Of a stretch of 64,000 bases of DNA, positions 1 through 11,258 are shown in pieces. Both the position numbers and the translations under genes were made by a program. The notes beneath the pieces are model-generated. The model was not told the DNA's origin. It worked only from the letters and a program-made list of their open reading frames with translations, and made no database searches. This stretch comes from Clostridiales bacterium (GTDB lineage: Bacteria > Bacillota > Clostridia > Christensenellales > Borkfalkiaceae), in assembly GCA_015055525.1 (NCBI GenBank), contig SVHZ01000004.1, positions 187 through 64,186 on the forward strand, given 5' to 3'. Position 1 is the stretch's first letter, and each line of letters starts with the position of its first letter.

Positions 1-19
1 CTTTTTAGTGATATTTACA

Positions 20-1243
20 TTATTCGTCAATGATTATTTTAGCAGTAAATATGCCGTTTTGGGCAGTAAAATTATACATACCGTTAAACTTTTCTGCAGT
101 AGTTATTATACTGTGTATTCCTATGCCATGCATTTCGCTTGGCATTTCTAAAAAGTTAAAATCGTCTATGCAAGAGTTTTCGCAAGTTAAAACAAGGCGC
201 TGTGATTTATGTTTTATAGTAACGCTTATAAAGGCATTAGTTTTTTTACTTTGTATTGCACCGTGAAGAGCGTTTTCTAAAACGTTAGCAACGATTTGCA
301 CAAGTTCGGGTGCAGAAATAGTTAATTCTGGTTTTACAGCCGCTGTTATTTGGGTTTTTATGCCCTCCACACTCGCTTTTTTATGGTAAACCTTTAAAAT
401 GTTGTTTACCGTTTCGTTTTCACAAAAACGCCCAGTCGTCATTGTTTCTATGCTTTCATTTTGACGGATTAAATAGTCTTTAATATCGTCAAGTTTACCG
501 TCTTTAGCGAGAGATAAAAGCATTTGATAATGGTGGCGCATATCGTGGCGGTTTTGCTTTACAATTTCCGATTCTTTGGCTTGCGCGTCAACTTGTGCTT
601 GTAAAAGTTCAGTACGAATTTGTTTTTGCTTTGCTTTAGATAACTCTACTATGTTTTTCATACTATAAAAAATAGCGATATAAGTTACGCAAAAAATAAC
701 AGTGCTTATCAAATAAATAACTGTTTCTTTATTTGTAAACGGCATTCCAATTTGGAAAACTGTCATCGTTATAAAAAGCACTAAAAACGCAACTACTATA
801 GCAAAAAATCCCCTCCAACCACTTTTTATGTACGGTGTGACTTTCTTAAACGATGGCAACATTAGAATATATAAAGCAACTTGCATAAGCGCAACGACTA
901 AAAAGGCAATTATAATATTTACAGCCGTACTTTTAATGAAAAATACAATTATATTATAAAGCATTGAAAAACAGGTGTTTACACAAGCATAACTTAAAAA
1001 TAAAAAGATTTTTTCTTGTATTCTGCCTTTGGTTGTAATTATAAATAATATAAAATGCAAAGCAAAAGATATAAAAAAGTTTAATATTGGCGTATCTACT
1101 AATAAGAAAAAGCAATAAACTCCGTAAGCAAGCCAAATTAGCGAAGTAAATAGTAAGTTAAATCTTGGCTTTGCAAAGAATATAGATGCCGCAATATGCG
1201 ATAGCAAAGTTAGTATTAAAAATACAATATGTTGTGGTAACAT
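20..1243 (-). CDS. Membrane sensor histidine kinase (GHKL ATPase, LytS/AgrC-like class that partners LytTR regulators)
   Basis: 407-aa ORF. The N-terminal ~190 aa are 5-6 hydrophobic helices, followed by a His-rich segment (NRHDMRHHYQ) and C-terminal GHKL-type motifs (NVLENALHG, HGIGIHSI). It lies 14 nt downstream of a LytTR regulator gene on the same strand. Confidence 0.8.
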   Translation of the reverse strand: MLPQHIVFLILTLLSHIAASIFFAKPRFNLLFTSLIWLAYGVYCFFLLVDTPILNFFISFALHFILFIITTKGRIQEKIFLFLSYACVNTCFSMLYNIIVFFIKSTAVNIIIAFLVVALMQVALYILMLPSFKKVTPYIKSGWRGFFAIVVAFLVLFITMTVFQIGMPFTNKETVIYLISTVIFCVTYIAIFYSMKNIVELSKAKQKQIRTELLQAQVDAQAKESEIVKQNRHDMRHHYQMLLSLAKDGKLDDIKDYLIRQNESIETMTTGRFCENETVNNILKVYHKKASVEGIKTQITAAVKPELTISAPELVQIVANVLENALHGAIQSKKTNAFISVTIKHKSQRLVLTCENSCIDDFNFLEMPSEMHGIGIHSIITTAEKFNGMYNFTAQNGIFTAKIIIDE

Positions 1244-1257
1244 TATTCTTTCTCCAT

Positions 1258-1971
1258 TTAATTAAAGTAGTTAAAGAACGCTGTCTTTAATGCTGTGATT
1301 GCGGTGTGCGATAATTTTAGTTCTTTGCCTGTTTTAATAAGCACGCTTGAAGTGGTTACTTTTTTAACGTGATTTAAGTTAATGATATGACTTCTTCCAC
1401 ATCTAAAAAAGCAATCAAATTCTTTTACCTTTTCGTAAAATTCAGTAGAAGTTATGCGAACGAGTATCTTTTCGCCGTTGCTTAAATAAATGCGCTGATA
1501 TTTGTCTTCGGCTTCTGCATAAAGTATCTCTTTCACGGTAAAATGGCGGTAGCCGTTATCTACTTTTATCACGATGCTATCGTTTTGGTGGTCTTTTACG
1601 CTTAGCATTGCCTTATCCATTGCAAAAAAGAAGTTTTCTTCAGTATACGGTTTTAATAGGTAATGCGTAGCGTTTACACCAAACGCTTCTAAAGCATGGT
1701 CTGTTGACGACGTTAAAAATACGATAGGACTTAAAACGTTTCTACTGCGAAGTTCGGTGGCAACACTCATACCCGTTAATCCTTGCATAAAAATATCAAG
1801 TAAGTACACGTCGTATTTTTCGCCGAGCTCGATTTTTTCAAGCAAATCCTTTGCGCCCGAAAAAAGTTCGGTTTCAATTTGGGCGTTTTTTTCTTGCTTA
1901 TACTTTGCAAGCAGAGTGGAAATCATATCCAAATAAATTTTTTCGTCGTCTAAAACTGCAATTTTTATCAT
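1258..1971 (-). CDS. LytTR-family response regulator
   Basis: 237 aa with an N-terminal receiver domain (IAVLDDE, DVYLLDIFM, LTSS, YLLKP) and a C-terminal LytTR-type DNA-binding region (FFRCGRSHIINLNHV). Confidence 0.85.
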   Translation of the reverse strand: MIKIAVLDDEKIYLDMISTLLAKYKQEKNAQIETELFSGAKDLLEKIELGEKYDVYLLDIFMQGLTGMSVATELRSRNVLSPIVFLTSSTDHALEAFGVNATHYLLKPYTEENFFFAMDKAMLSVKDHQNDSIVIKVDNGYRHFTVKEILYAEAEDKYQRIYLSNGEKILVRITSTEFYEKVKEFDCFFRCGRSHIINLNHVKKVTTSSVLIKTGKELKLSHTAITALKTAFFNYFN

Positions 1972-2082
1972 TTTTTATCTCTTTTTCGTTGGATTTTTAT
2001 TAAGCATATCATATTTTTGCAAGTTTTTCAATCCGTTTCTATATAACTCTGTATTTTTTGTGTCTATTAAAAAACAACGTAA

Positions 2083-2117
2083 TAAAAAAAAGAACTCAGA
2101 CGATATATCCGAGTTCT
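2083..2117 (-). terminator. Rho-independent terminator (minus strand)
   Basis: 7-bp stem agaactc/gagttct (2091-2097 with 2111-2117), followed on the minus strand by a T8 run (plus A8 at 2083-2090). It closes the non-coding block at 2128-2504. Confidence 0.6.
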
Positions 2118-2127
2118 AATTTTCTTT

Positions 2128-2504
2128 TGACCGCTTGAAAGTGCAATTTCCTATAAATTTTTAATGTTTCAAAAAATCCCTTATAGGGAACGCCTTTACC
2201 TATCCGTTTTTGTTTTGGTTGCGGGAGATTCCCCTGCTAGGGGAAATGTCACTTGTGACAAAAGGGTTGCCGTCCCACGCTAGTGGATGGGATTTGCCCG
2301 ACTAGTGTCGGCACGGGCTATAAAATAATGGTCGATTTTTATTATATAACTACGACCTTCGGGTTATTTGGTGCAAAGCACCAACGTACCGCTAAAGCGG
2401 ATACCGATCCCCTTTCGCCTATATGCTTTTAGGTTTAGTATAAACTATCTTTGGCGAAAGCGGGCTCATAGATACCAAAAGACTTAACGCTCAATCACAC
2501 CATA
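2128..2504. other. ORF-free, GC-rich, hairpin-dense block containing fragments of the adjacent tRNA-fMet (candidate structured ncRNA or integration scar)
   Basis: No ORF is listed here. The block is visibly more GC-rich than other spacers. It holds serial short hairpins with CTAG-centred loops (cccctgctagggg, ccacgctagtgg, ccgactagtgtcgg, tgtcacttgtgaca). 11 nt, ggttgcgggag (2217-2227), are identical to the tRNA 3' end at 2548-2558. 16 nt, acgaccttcgggttat (2352-2367), are identical to the tRNA anticodon/variable region. 10 nt, cgggctcata (2461-2470), are an inverted copy of the anticodon arm. Confidence 0.5.
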
Positions 2505-2509
2505 GCAAC

Positions 2510-2544
2510 AAAAAAGCACCAACCTTTTTGGTTGATGCTTTTTT
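2510..2544. terminator. Bidirectional hairpin terminator immediately 3' of tRNA-fMet
   Basis: 10-bp stem agcaccaacc/ggttgatgct with a T5 loop, flanked by an A-run and a T-run. Confidence 0.65.
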
Positions 2545-2546
2545 AT

Positions 2547-2624
<78 letters not shown>

Positions 2625-2742
2625 ATGACTTGTGCTATTATAATACTTAAATTATCAACTTTTGTCAACTGTTTTTGCTCTTTTAATAAAATATTATTTG
2701 CGTATAATTAAATCTTTTGTCGTTTTTTCTCAACAATAAAAA

Positions 2743-2763
2743 AAGAGTGGCTGAACCACTCTT
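2743..2763 (-). terminator. Rho-independent terminator of the lipoprotein gene
   Basis: Stem aagagtgg/ccactctt directly after the stop at 2769, followed on the minus strand by a T-run. Confidence 0.7.
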
Positions 2764-2768
2764 TTATT

Positions 2769-4325
<1,557 letters not shown>

Positions 4326-4578
4326 TTCCTTAACCCCCTTTATTTCTAATATAGTTAATATTCTTATTATACAATCGATTATAACCGTTGTCAAATAGCA
4401 AAAATTAGCATAAAGTTGAAAAAAAATAGCGTTTATTTAGGAAAAGACTAAACCTTTTTCGTTGGTTTTTGTTATACGCACTTTTATTATAACAGTAACT
4501 GCGTTTAATTGCAATATAAAACTTAAACACTTGAAAGTATCTCTATTTTATGTTATTATGTAAAAAAGGAGATTTAAT

Positions 4579-5352
4579 ATGAAAATTGCTATTGTTACGG
4601 GCGCTTCGTCCGGCATGGGAAGAGAGTTCGTTGTTCAAGCCGACCAAAGATATAATTTAGATGAAATTTGGGTTATCGCTCGCCGTGAAGATAGGCTTTT
4701 AGCACTTCAAGATGAAGTTACCGCTAAAATCGTTCCTATTCCACTTGATTTAACACTTTTAGAAAGCATCGATACCCTTTCTAAAAAATTAAGCGAGGAA
4801 AAACCCGACGTTAAATTACTCGTTAACGCCAGCGGGTTTGGCAAAATGGCAAAATTTACTGAATCTGACCTTAATTCTAACGCAGGCATGTGCGACCTTA
4901 ATCTCAGAGCGCTTATCTTAATTACGCAAACCGTGCTCCCCTATATAAACGAAGGCGGAAAAATTATTCAAGTTGGCTCTATGAGTTCGTTTGAACCCGT
5001 TCCCCACCTTTCAGTTTACGCAGCAACTAAGGCTGGCGTTTTAAGTTTTTCTCGCGCGCTTGCCCACGAACTTAAAAAATCTAAAATTAAAGTTTTATGC
5101 GTTTGCCCGTACTGGGTAAAAACGGAATTTTTCGGGCGCGCAGGCGAAAAGGAAAAACTTCAAAAATTCGATATTTTATACGAATCGAATTTCGTTGTTA
5201 AAGTTGCATATAAAACTATTGACAAAACTAATAAAAACTACGTTGTTCCCGGCAAGTACGCTAAACTCTTACGAGTTATGGCAAAATTTTTAAGCCACGA
5301 CTTTATGATGAACGTTATGGACAAAATGTTCAAGTATGAAAAAACTAATTGA
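4579..5352 (+). CDS. SDR-family short-chain dehydrogenase/reductase
   Basis: 257 aa with the TGASSGMG cofactor motif and the YAATKAG (YxxxK) catalytic motif. Confidence 0.85.
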   Translation: MKIAIVTGASSGMGREFVVQADQRYNLDEIWVIARREDRLLALQDEVTAKIVPIPLDLTLLESIDTLSKKLSEEKPDVKLLVNASGFGKMAKFTESDLNSNAGMCDLNLRALILITQTVLPYINEGGKIIQVGSMSSFEPVPHLSVYAATKAGVLSFSRALAHELKKSKIKVLCVCPYWVKTEFFGRAGEKEKLQKFDILYESNFVVKVAYKTIDKTNKNYVVPGKYAKLLRVMAKFLSHDFMMNVMDKMFKYEKTN

Positions 5353-6625
5353 TTATTCCCTTTTAACAAGCGGTGAAACGATAGCCGTTGCACTCTCAGG
5401 CGGAAAGGATAGCGTTTGCCTTTTGCATCTTTTGTTGTGCGCGAAAAATCAATATAATCTCACAATTAAAGCCGTGCACGTTGACCACTCTATCCGCGGT
5501 TTAGAAAGCGAGCGCGACGCAAATTTTGTGAAAGAACTTTGTAAAAAACTGAACGTTCCGCTCAAAACTTTTAAGGTTGACGCAATAGGGTTTTCCGAGC
5601 AAAACCACCTATCGTTAGAGCAAGGCGCAAGGCTACTTCGCTATCAAATTTTCGAGCAACTCTTAAACGAAGGCTATGCAGATAAAATTGCAACGGCTCA
5701 TCATAAAAACGATTGTTTTGAAACTTTGCTCTTCAATATTTTTAGGGGTTCAGGGCTTTTGGGCGCTAGCGGAATTAAAAATATAAGCGGAAAAATTATT
5801 CGCCCTATACTTTCGTTATCAAGAGAAGAAATTGACGATTATATCGAAGAAAATAAACTTCCTTTCGTTGTTGATAGCACGAATTTTGACAGCGCTTTTA
5901 CAAGGAATTTTATTAGAAACGAACTTACGCCAAAAATTTTAGAACGCTTTCCAGACGCAGTTGAATCAACGTTTAGATTTTCAAAAATAGCGGGCGAAGA
6001 AGATGAATTTTTAGCCGAATTGAGCAAGGCTTGCTTAGAAGAAAAAGACGGTGACTATCGCTTGAAACTTTCAACTCCGCCCGTGTTATTCAAGCGCGCA
6101 ACTATCTTTGCGCTTAAAAATTTAGGGCTTGAAAAAGACTATGAATATCAACACGTTTTGAGCGTTCTTTCGCTTAAAGATAGTCAAAGCGGAGCGGTTA
6201 TAACCTTACCTAAAAACATAACGGCTACAAGAGAATACGATAGCGTTATCTTCTCTTGCAAAACGGTTGAAACGGTCGCTGAAGAAATTGATTTTGAGTG
6301 TAAGACCGTAACTTTTAACAATAAAACCATAACGATTACCGACGGGGATTTAGATAAACCTTATCTCTTATTTGATAAAGATAAAATTCCGAGCGGAGCA
6401 GTTATTAGAACTCGCCGTGACGGTGACGTTTTTACCAAGTTCGGCGGTGGAACAAAAAAACTCAAAGAGTATTTTATAGACAAAAAAATACCCCTTTCCG
6501 AACGGGATAAAATTCCGCTCGTTGCAAAAGGAAACGTTGTTTACTTAATAGTGGGGATTGAGATTTCAGACCTTGTTAGAGTAGACGATAAAACGAAAAT
6601 CAAATTGAAGATAAAGATAGTTTAG
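5336..6625 (+). CDS. tilS: tRNA(Ile)-lysidine synthetase
   Basis: 429 aa with the PP-loop ALSGGKDS and a TilS-like C-terminal domain (RTRRDGDVFTKFGGGTKKLKEYFIDKKIP). It overlaps the SDR gene by 17 nt. Confidence 0.85.
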   Translation: MKKLIDYSLLTSGETIAVALSGGKDSVCLLHLLLCAKNQYNLTIKAVHVDHSIRGLESERDANFVKELCKKLNVPLKTFKVDAIGFSEQNHLSLEQGARLLRYQIFEQLLNEGYADKIATAHHKNDCFETLLFNIFRGSGLLGASGIKNISGKIIRPILSLSREEIDDYIEENKLPFVVDSTNFDSAFTRNFIRNELTPKILERFPDAVESTFRFSKIAGEEDEFLAELSKACLEEKDGDYRLKLSTPPVLFKRATIFALKNLGLEKDYEYQHVLSVLSLKDSQSGAVITLPKNITATREYDSVIFSCKTVETVAEEIDFECKTVTFNNKTITITDGDLDKPYLLFDKDKIPSGAVIRTRRDGDVFTKFGGGTKKLKEYFIDKKIPLSERDKIPLVAKGNVVYLIVGIEISDLVRVDDKTKIKLKIKIV

Positions 6626-6634
6626 GAGCAATAA

Positions 6635-8443
6635 ATGAAATTTTTAACGGGAGTAAATTATTGGGCGAGCAACGCCGGGCTTTATACTTGGCGTAACTTT
6701 GACGAAAAAGTTATTGATAAAGACTTTGAGTTTTTATCTTCTTTTGGAATAGATACTATTCGCGTATTTCCGTCGTGGGACGTTTTTCAACCGATAGAAG
6801 ACGTTCATACCGCAACCGCGTTTCCCTACCGCGTAAACGACTTGCCCGTTGAATACACTAATTTCCCTGATAGCGGACTTTCTCCGTCTGCAATTTCAAA
6901 CTTCAAAACTTTATTAAAACTCGCAAAGAAACACAACTTAAAAGTTATCGTTGCGCTCGTTACAGGTTGGATGAGCGGTAGAAAATTTATGCCAAGCGCA
7001 ATAGCGCATCTCAATCCGATAACCGACGCTAAAGCGGTAAATTTTGAGTGCAGGTTTATTAAAGACTTTATAAATGAAACGAAAGGTTTTGAACAAATTA
7101 TAGCGTGGGAACTTGGCAACGAGTGCAACGCAATGAGCCTTAATAGTGACGAAAATCTTAACGAACTTTGGCTCTCGGCTGTTTCTTCAACTATTAAAAA
7201 AGCAGACCCATCTCGCCCGCTTTATGCAGGTATGCACGGCTTGTCTGCAAACGGGAAGTGGAAACTTCAAACGCTTGGATATTACACCGACGTTCAAACC
7301 ACTCACCCCTATCCCCTTTTCACGCCGTACTGCTCTAAAGATAAGTTGACGGCTATGCGTTCTGCTTTTCACGCTAGCGCAGAAAGTTCGTATTACTCGT
7401 CCATCTCTAAAAAGCCTTGCTTGGTTGAAGAAGTTGGAACGCTCGGACCTATGTTTGCAGGGCAAGACGCCGAGGCCGATTATTTAGAAAAAGCGTATGC
7501 AACGAGTTTTGCGTCTGGCACTACGGGATTTTTATGGTGGTGTTCCTTTGAGCAAGACGTTTTTGATTTTCCGCCGTACGACGTTATCGCTATGGAGCAA
7601 ACGGTTGCTTTTGCATCAAGCAAGCGCGAACCGAAAAAATCTTTATATAAGTTAAAAGAAATGGCAAACTTTGCTAAAACTGTTGGCGATTTAGATAAGC
7701 CGAACGTTGACGCTACCGTTATTTTAACAAATAATCAAGACGAGTGGAAAACTGCTTACGGCGCTTACGTTTTGGGCGTTCAAGCAGGTTTAACCGTTGA
7801 CTTTATATACGAAAATCAAAAATTACCAAATTCAAACAATTATATTTTGCCTTGCATAACGGAAACTTGCTCTATTCCCAAAATTTTACTTGACGATTTA
7901 GTTAAAAAGGTTGAAAGCGGAGCAAATTTATTAGTTACTTATAACGGTGGTTATATCGGCAAGTTTGAAACGCTAACGGGGCTTGACGTTTTAGGAAGAG
8001 ATGAAAAGCCGACCGTTAAAAAATTCGACGGTGGCGAGATTTTATCTAACTTCAATCTTGAACTTAAACCCACCACCGCAAAGATTGAACTTTACGCGAA
8101 AGACGGAAGCGTTCTTCTTTCTAAAAATCAAGTGGGAAAAGGTTGCGTTTACTTCTTAAACGCTCCGCTTGAATACGCTTATACCGACTCATTTAACCCG
8201 GAAGACACTAACCTTTACACTTTCTATAAAAGAACTATTAAAGCGGATAACTCGCTTGAATTTAACGAAAGTAAACTTGCTGTATATCGCTACGGAAAGA
8301 CTAAAGCAATGCTTATAAACTTCTCAGACAAATCGGAGTTTATAGTTTCTAACGTTAAGATTAAAAAAGTTGTTAACGGAACGTTTAACAGCGGAGTTTT
8401 AACCCTTACTAAACCTTACGCTTATATTGAATACGAAGACTAA
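6635..8443 (+). CDS. Clan GH-A (GH5-like) TIM-barrel glycoside hydrolase with a C-terminal extension
   Basis: 602 aa. The N-terminal region matches cellulase-family proteins (GVNYW, IRVFPSWDVFQP) and carries the acid/base motif WELGNECN. Confidence 0.65.
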   Translation: MKFLTGVNYWASNAGLYTWRNFDEKVIDKDFEFLSSFGIDTIRVFPSWDVFQPIEDVHTATAFPYRVNDLPVEYTNFPDSGLSPSAISNFKTLLKLAKKHNLKVIVALVTGWMSGRKFMPSAIAHLNPITDAKAVNFECRFIKDFINETKGFEQIIAWELGNECNAMSLNSDENLNELWLSAVSSTIKKADPSRPLYAGMHGLSANGKWKLQTLGYYTDVQTTHPYPLFTPYCSKDKLTAMRSAFHASAESSYYSSISKKPCLVEEVGTLGPMFAGQDAEADYLEKAYATSFASGTTGFLWWCSFEQDVFDFPPYDVIAMEQTVAFASSKREPKKSLYKLKEMANFAKTVGDLDKPNVDATVILTNNQDEWKTAYGAYVLGVQAGLTVDFIYENQKLPNSNNYILPCITETCSIPKILLDDLVKKVESGANLLVTYNGGYIGKFETLTGLDVLGRDEKPTVKKFDGGEILSNFNLELKPTTAKIELYAKDGSVLLSKNQVGKGCVYFLNAPLEYAYTDSFNPEDTNLYTFYKRTIKADNSLEFNESKLAVYRYGKTKAMLINFSDKSEFIVSNVKIKKVVNGTFNSGVLTLTKPYAYIEYED

Positions 8444-8444
8444 T

Positions 8445-8475
8445 AAAAAAGGAACTCAACTGAGTTCCTTTTTTT
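8445..8475. terminator. Bidirectional terminator between the GH gene and MATE-1
   Basis: 9-bp stem aggaactca/tgagttcct flanked by A6 and T7. It overlaps the last codons of MATE-1. Confidence 0.7.
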
Positions 8476-9874
8476 GTGCTTCGAATTTTATTTTTAGTTT
8501 TTTCATAGCAGGGATTATTGCAATTAAATAAAGCGCAATAGTTATTACCCACGATACGGGATAAGTTGAATATATAAGCGTAAAGTTTTTGGTTAAGGCA
8601 TATATAATTTCAACGTAAATTATTCTAAAAATACAACCTGCAAATACTGCTATAAACATAGCGGTTAAACTCTTGCCTATTGCTCTTAACGAGTAACTTA
8701 GCGCGTTCATCGTTCCGCAAAGGAATAAGAAAATGCCTATTCCCATAAATCTTTGATAAGCGAAATCTAAAACGACTTGGTCGTTAGTTATTAAACCGAT
8801 AACCGGTTTTAATATAACTAGCGCGCCTAAACCAAAAGTTAAACCCATCGTAAAGTTTATTACCGTTCCTAAAATTATGGCCTTTTTCGCTCTTTCGTAA
8901 TTTTCTGCGCCCACGTTTTGACCTATTATGGTTATCAAAGCAGTTGCTACACCCGTCATAGCGTTGTTTACGTAGTTTTCTACTTGGCTTGAATACGATG
9001 CGCCAGCCATAGCAAATTCGCCAAACAAGTTAACCGTAGATTGTATAAATACGTTTGCTATTGAAAAAAGCGAACTTTGGATTCCTGATGGAATACCTAT
9101 TTTCAAAATATCAAGAAGTTCTTTTTTATAAAACTTAGCGTACTTAAATTCAAAACGAGCAACGCCTTTTGCTCTTAAAAGTTGAACGATACAAAGTACC
9201 GCCGCCACGCCTTGAGATATTACCGTTGCTATTGCAACGCCTTCAACGTCCATTTTAGCAACTACTATAAACAGCACGTTGAATAAAACGTTCAAAACAC
9301 CGCCTAATACGAGATAGATAAGCGGGCTTTTACTATCGCCCACCGCTCTTAAAACTGAGGAGTAAAAGTTATAGAGCATAACGAGTGGCATGCCGATAAA
9401 GTATATTTGAATATACTTTACTGCCATAGGAAGAACAGCCTCGTCACAATTCATTAAAATAAGCATAGGCTCGGATAAAAATAAGCCGACTAATACAAGC
9501 ATACCGCCGATAACTAAACTGAGCGGTAAACTCATACCGATTATTTTTTTAACCCCTTCATTATCGCTTGCACCAAGTTTTTTAGAAACGACAATGTTTG
9601 TTCCTATCGAAACGCCGACGAAGAAATTCGTAAAAAGATTTACGAGCGCCGTAGTAGAGCCAACGGCGGCAACCGCTCTATCGCTAACTAAAATACCTAA
9701 AACGGCAACGTCAGCCGTGTTGAACACGAGTTGCAAAACGTTAGTAAGTATTATGGGAATAGAAAAGAGAATAATTTGTTTGAACAAATTACCACTAGTA
9801 AAATCACGCTCGACTTTACCGTGAGTGCTCCTTACTATTACTTTGTGTGTGTTAACATTATGCCCCATAATCAA
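8456..9874 (-). CDS. MATE-family efflux transporter (paralogue 1 of 3)
   Basis: 472 aa and polytopic. The conserved N-terminal block GKVERDFTSGNLFKQIILFSIPIILTNVLQLVFNTADVAVLG is shared with the two upstream paralogues. Confidence 0.85.
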   Translation of the reverse strand: MIMGHNVNTHKVIVRSTHGKVERDFTSGNLFKQIILFSIPIILTNVLQLVFNTADVAVLGILVSDRAVAAVGSTTALVNLFTNFFVGVSIGTNIVVSKKLGASDNEGVKKIIGMSLPLSLVIGGMLVLVGLFLSEPMLILMNCDEAVLPMAVKYIQIYFIGMPLVMLYNFYSSVLRAVGDSKSPLIYLVLGGVLNVLFNVLFIVVAKMDVEGVAIATVISQGVAAVLCIVQLLRAKGVARFEFKYAKFYKKELLDILKIGIPSGIQSSLFSIANVFIQSTVNLFGEFAMAGASYSSQVENYVNNAMTGVATALITIIGQNVGAENYERAKKAIILGTVINFTMGLTFGLGALVILKPVIGLITNDQVVLDFAYQRFMGIGIFLFLCGTMNALSYSLRAIGKSLTAMFIAVFAGCIFRIIYVEIIYALTKNFTLIYSTYPVSWVITIALYLIAIIPAMKKLKIKFEAQKKELS

Positions 9875-11258
9875 AACCTTTTTCTTTTACACTTGACTCA
9901 ATTGAAACTTTTATTTTTTTGAGTACGCTTACTAAAACTACAAGTAACGCAACGGCAGTTATTCCCCAAGAAAGGGGGTATGCAACGAAAATTAAAGTGT
10001 AATTTTTATAAAAATCAAACACTAACTTTATCCAAAGAGTTATAACGCCAAAAGAACCTAAAAGGCTTATGATAGCGCTTATTAAACTCTTGTTTAATGC
10101 TCTTAGCGTGTTTGAAAGAACTTCCATTATTCCACACAAGAAATACGGCAACCCCACCATTAGCATTCTAATTAAAGCGTAATTTACAACTTCGCTATCG
10201 CCTGAAACCATAAAAATTGCAGGTTGGATTATAAGAGTTCCTATTATACCAGACCCTATACCGCCGATAGCAACTATTATAATGCTATACAAGATTGATT
10301 TTTTAATTCTTTCAAAGTTTTTTGCGCCGTTATTTTGGCCAACCATCGTCGTTATAGCAAGCGCTACGCCGTGAACGATACGATAAACGTAAATTTCTAT
10401 TTGATAAGCATAAGAAGAGCCTGCAACCGCTTTTTCACCGCAAGTGTTGATAGACGATTGAATTAACACGTTAGAGAAAGTTAAAAGCGCGCTTTGAACA
10501 CCGGCAGGTATTCCTATTTTTAGAACTTCTAACAATTCTTTTTTGTAAAATCTTATGCTTTTAACGTCAAGTTTAATTATCCCTTTTGCTCTTAAAAGCG
10601 CAATTAAGCAAAGCACGCTTGAAAGGCCTTGTGATACTGTGGTTGCAATGGCAACGCCTTCAACCGTCATTTTCAAAACGACGATGAAGAAAATATTTAA
10701 GATAACGTTAACAACACCGCCTATCATAAGATAAATAAGCGGACGTTTGCTATCGCCTGCCGCACGCATTATTGCCGCTAAAAAGTTATATAAAATTGCT
10801 AAGGGCGAACCTAAGAAATAAACTTTCAAATACGTAGTAGAAAGATCTATAAGCGCAGGGTCGCTTTTCATAAGTTCTAAAAAGAACCTTGCGCCAAAAT
10901 ATCCTATAATTAAAACAGCCGTGCCAAAGGTAATACCTAAAACAACGCTTAAGCCCACCACTTTTTTAACGCCTTCGCTATTTTTTGCCCCAAGATATTT
11001 TGATGCTAAAACGTTAACGCCTACGGAAACACCTAAAAATAGGCTTAATATTAAATTTACAAGAGAACTCGTTGAGCCAACCGCCGCAACGGCACTATCT
11101 CCAACCAACACGCCTAAAACGGCGATATCAACCGTGTTAAACAAACTTTGCAAAACGTTGGTTAATATTATTGGGATAGAAAATAAAATTATTTGGCTAA
11201 ACAAATTACCCTTAGTAAAATCATACTCGATTTTACCGCGAGTAGCGGTGTTTCCCAT
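9858..11258 (-). CDS. MATE-family efflux transporter (paralogue 2 of 3)
   Basis: 466 aa with the same conserved blocks (AAIMRAAGDSKRPLIYLMIGGVVNV is identical to paralogue 3). It overlaps paralogue 1 by 17 nt. Confidence 0.85.
   Translation of the reverse strand: MGNTATRGKIEYDFTKGNLFSQIILFSIPIILTNVLQSLFNTVDIAVLGVLVGDSAVAAVGSTSSLVNLILSLFLGVSVGVNVLASKYLGAKNSEGVKKVVGLSVVLGITFGTAVLIIGYFGARFFLELMKSDPALIDLSTTYLKVYFLGSPLAILYNFLAAIMRAAGDSKRPLIYLMIGGVVNVILNIFFIVVLKMTVEGVAIATTVSQGLSSVLCLIALLRAKGIIKLDVKSIRFYKKELLEVLKIGIPAGVQSALLTFSNVLIQSSINTCGEKAVAGSSYAYQIEIYVYRIVHGVALAITTMVGQNNGAKNFERIKKSILYSIIIVAIGGIGSGIIGTLIIQPAIFMVSGDSEVVNYALIRMLMVGLPYFLCGIMEVLSNTLRALNKSLISAIISLLGSFGVITLWIKLVFDFYKNYTLIFVAYPLSWGITAVALLVVLVSVLKKIKVSIESSVKEKGFDYGA

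Noticed and set aside
20-1971. agr-type quorum-sensing locus
   Set aside because: Only the kinase and the LytTR regulator are present. No AgrB-like or AgrD-like ORF is visible in the window. The cassette may continue beyond position 1, so this cannot be assessed.
2128-2504. RNase P RNA, tmRNA, SRP RNA or 6S RNA as the identity of the GC-rich block near tRNA-fMet
   Set aside because: I could not find the hallmark motifs on either strand. There is no GAGGAAAGUCC or ACAGAA for RNase P. There is no GGGG..UUCGAC 5' end, no tag reading frame ending in LAA, and no ..UCCACCA 3' end for tmRNA. There is no GGAAGCAGC-type SRP domain IV. This was checked only by eye, so a covariance-model scan is still needed.
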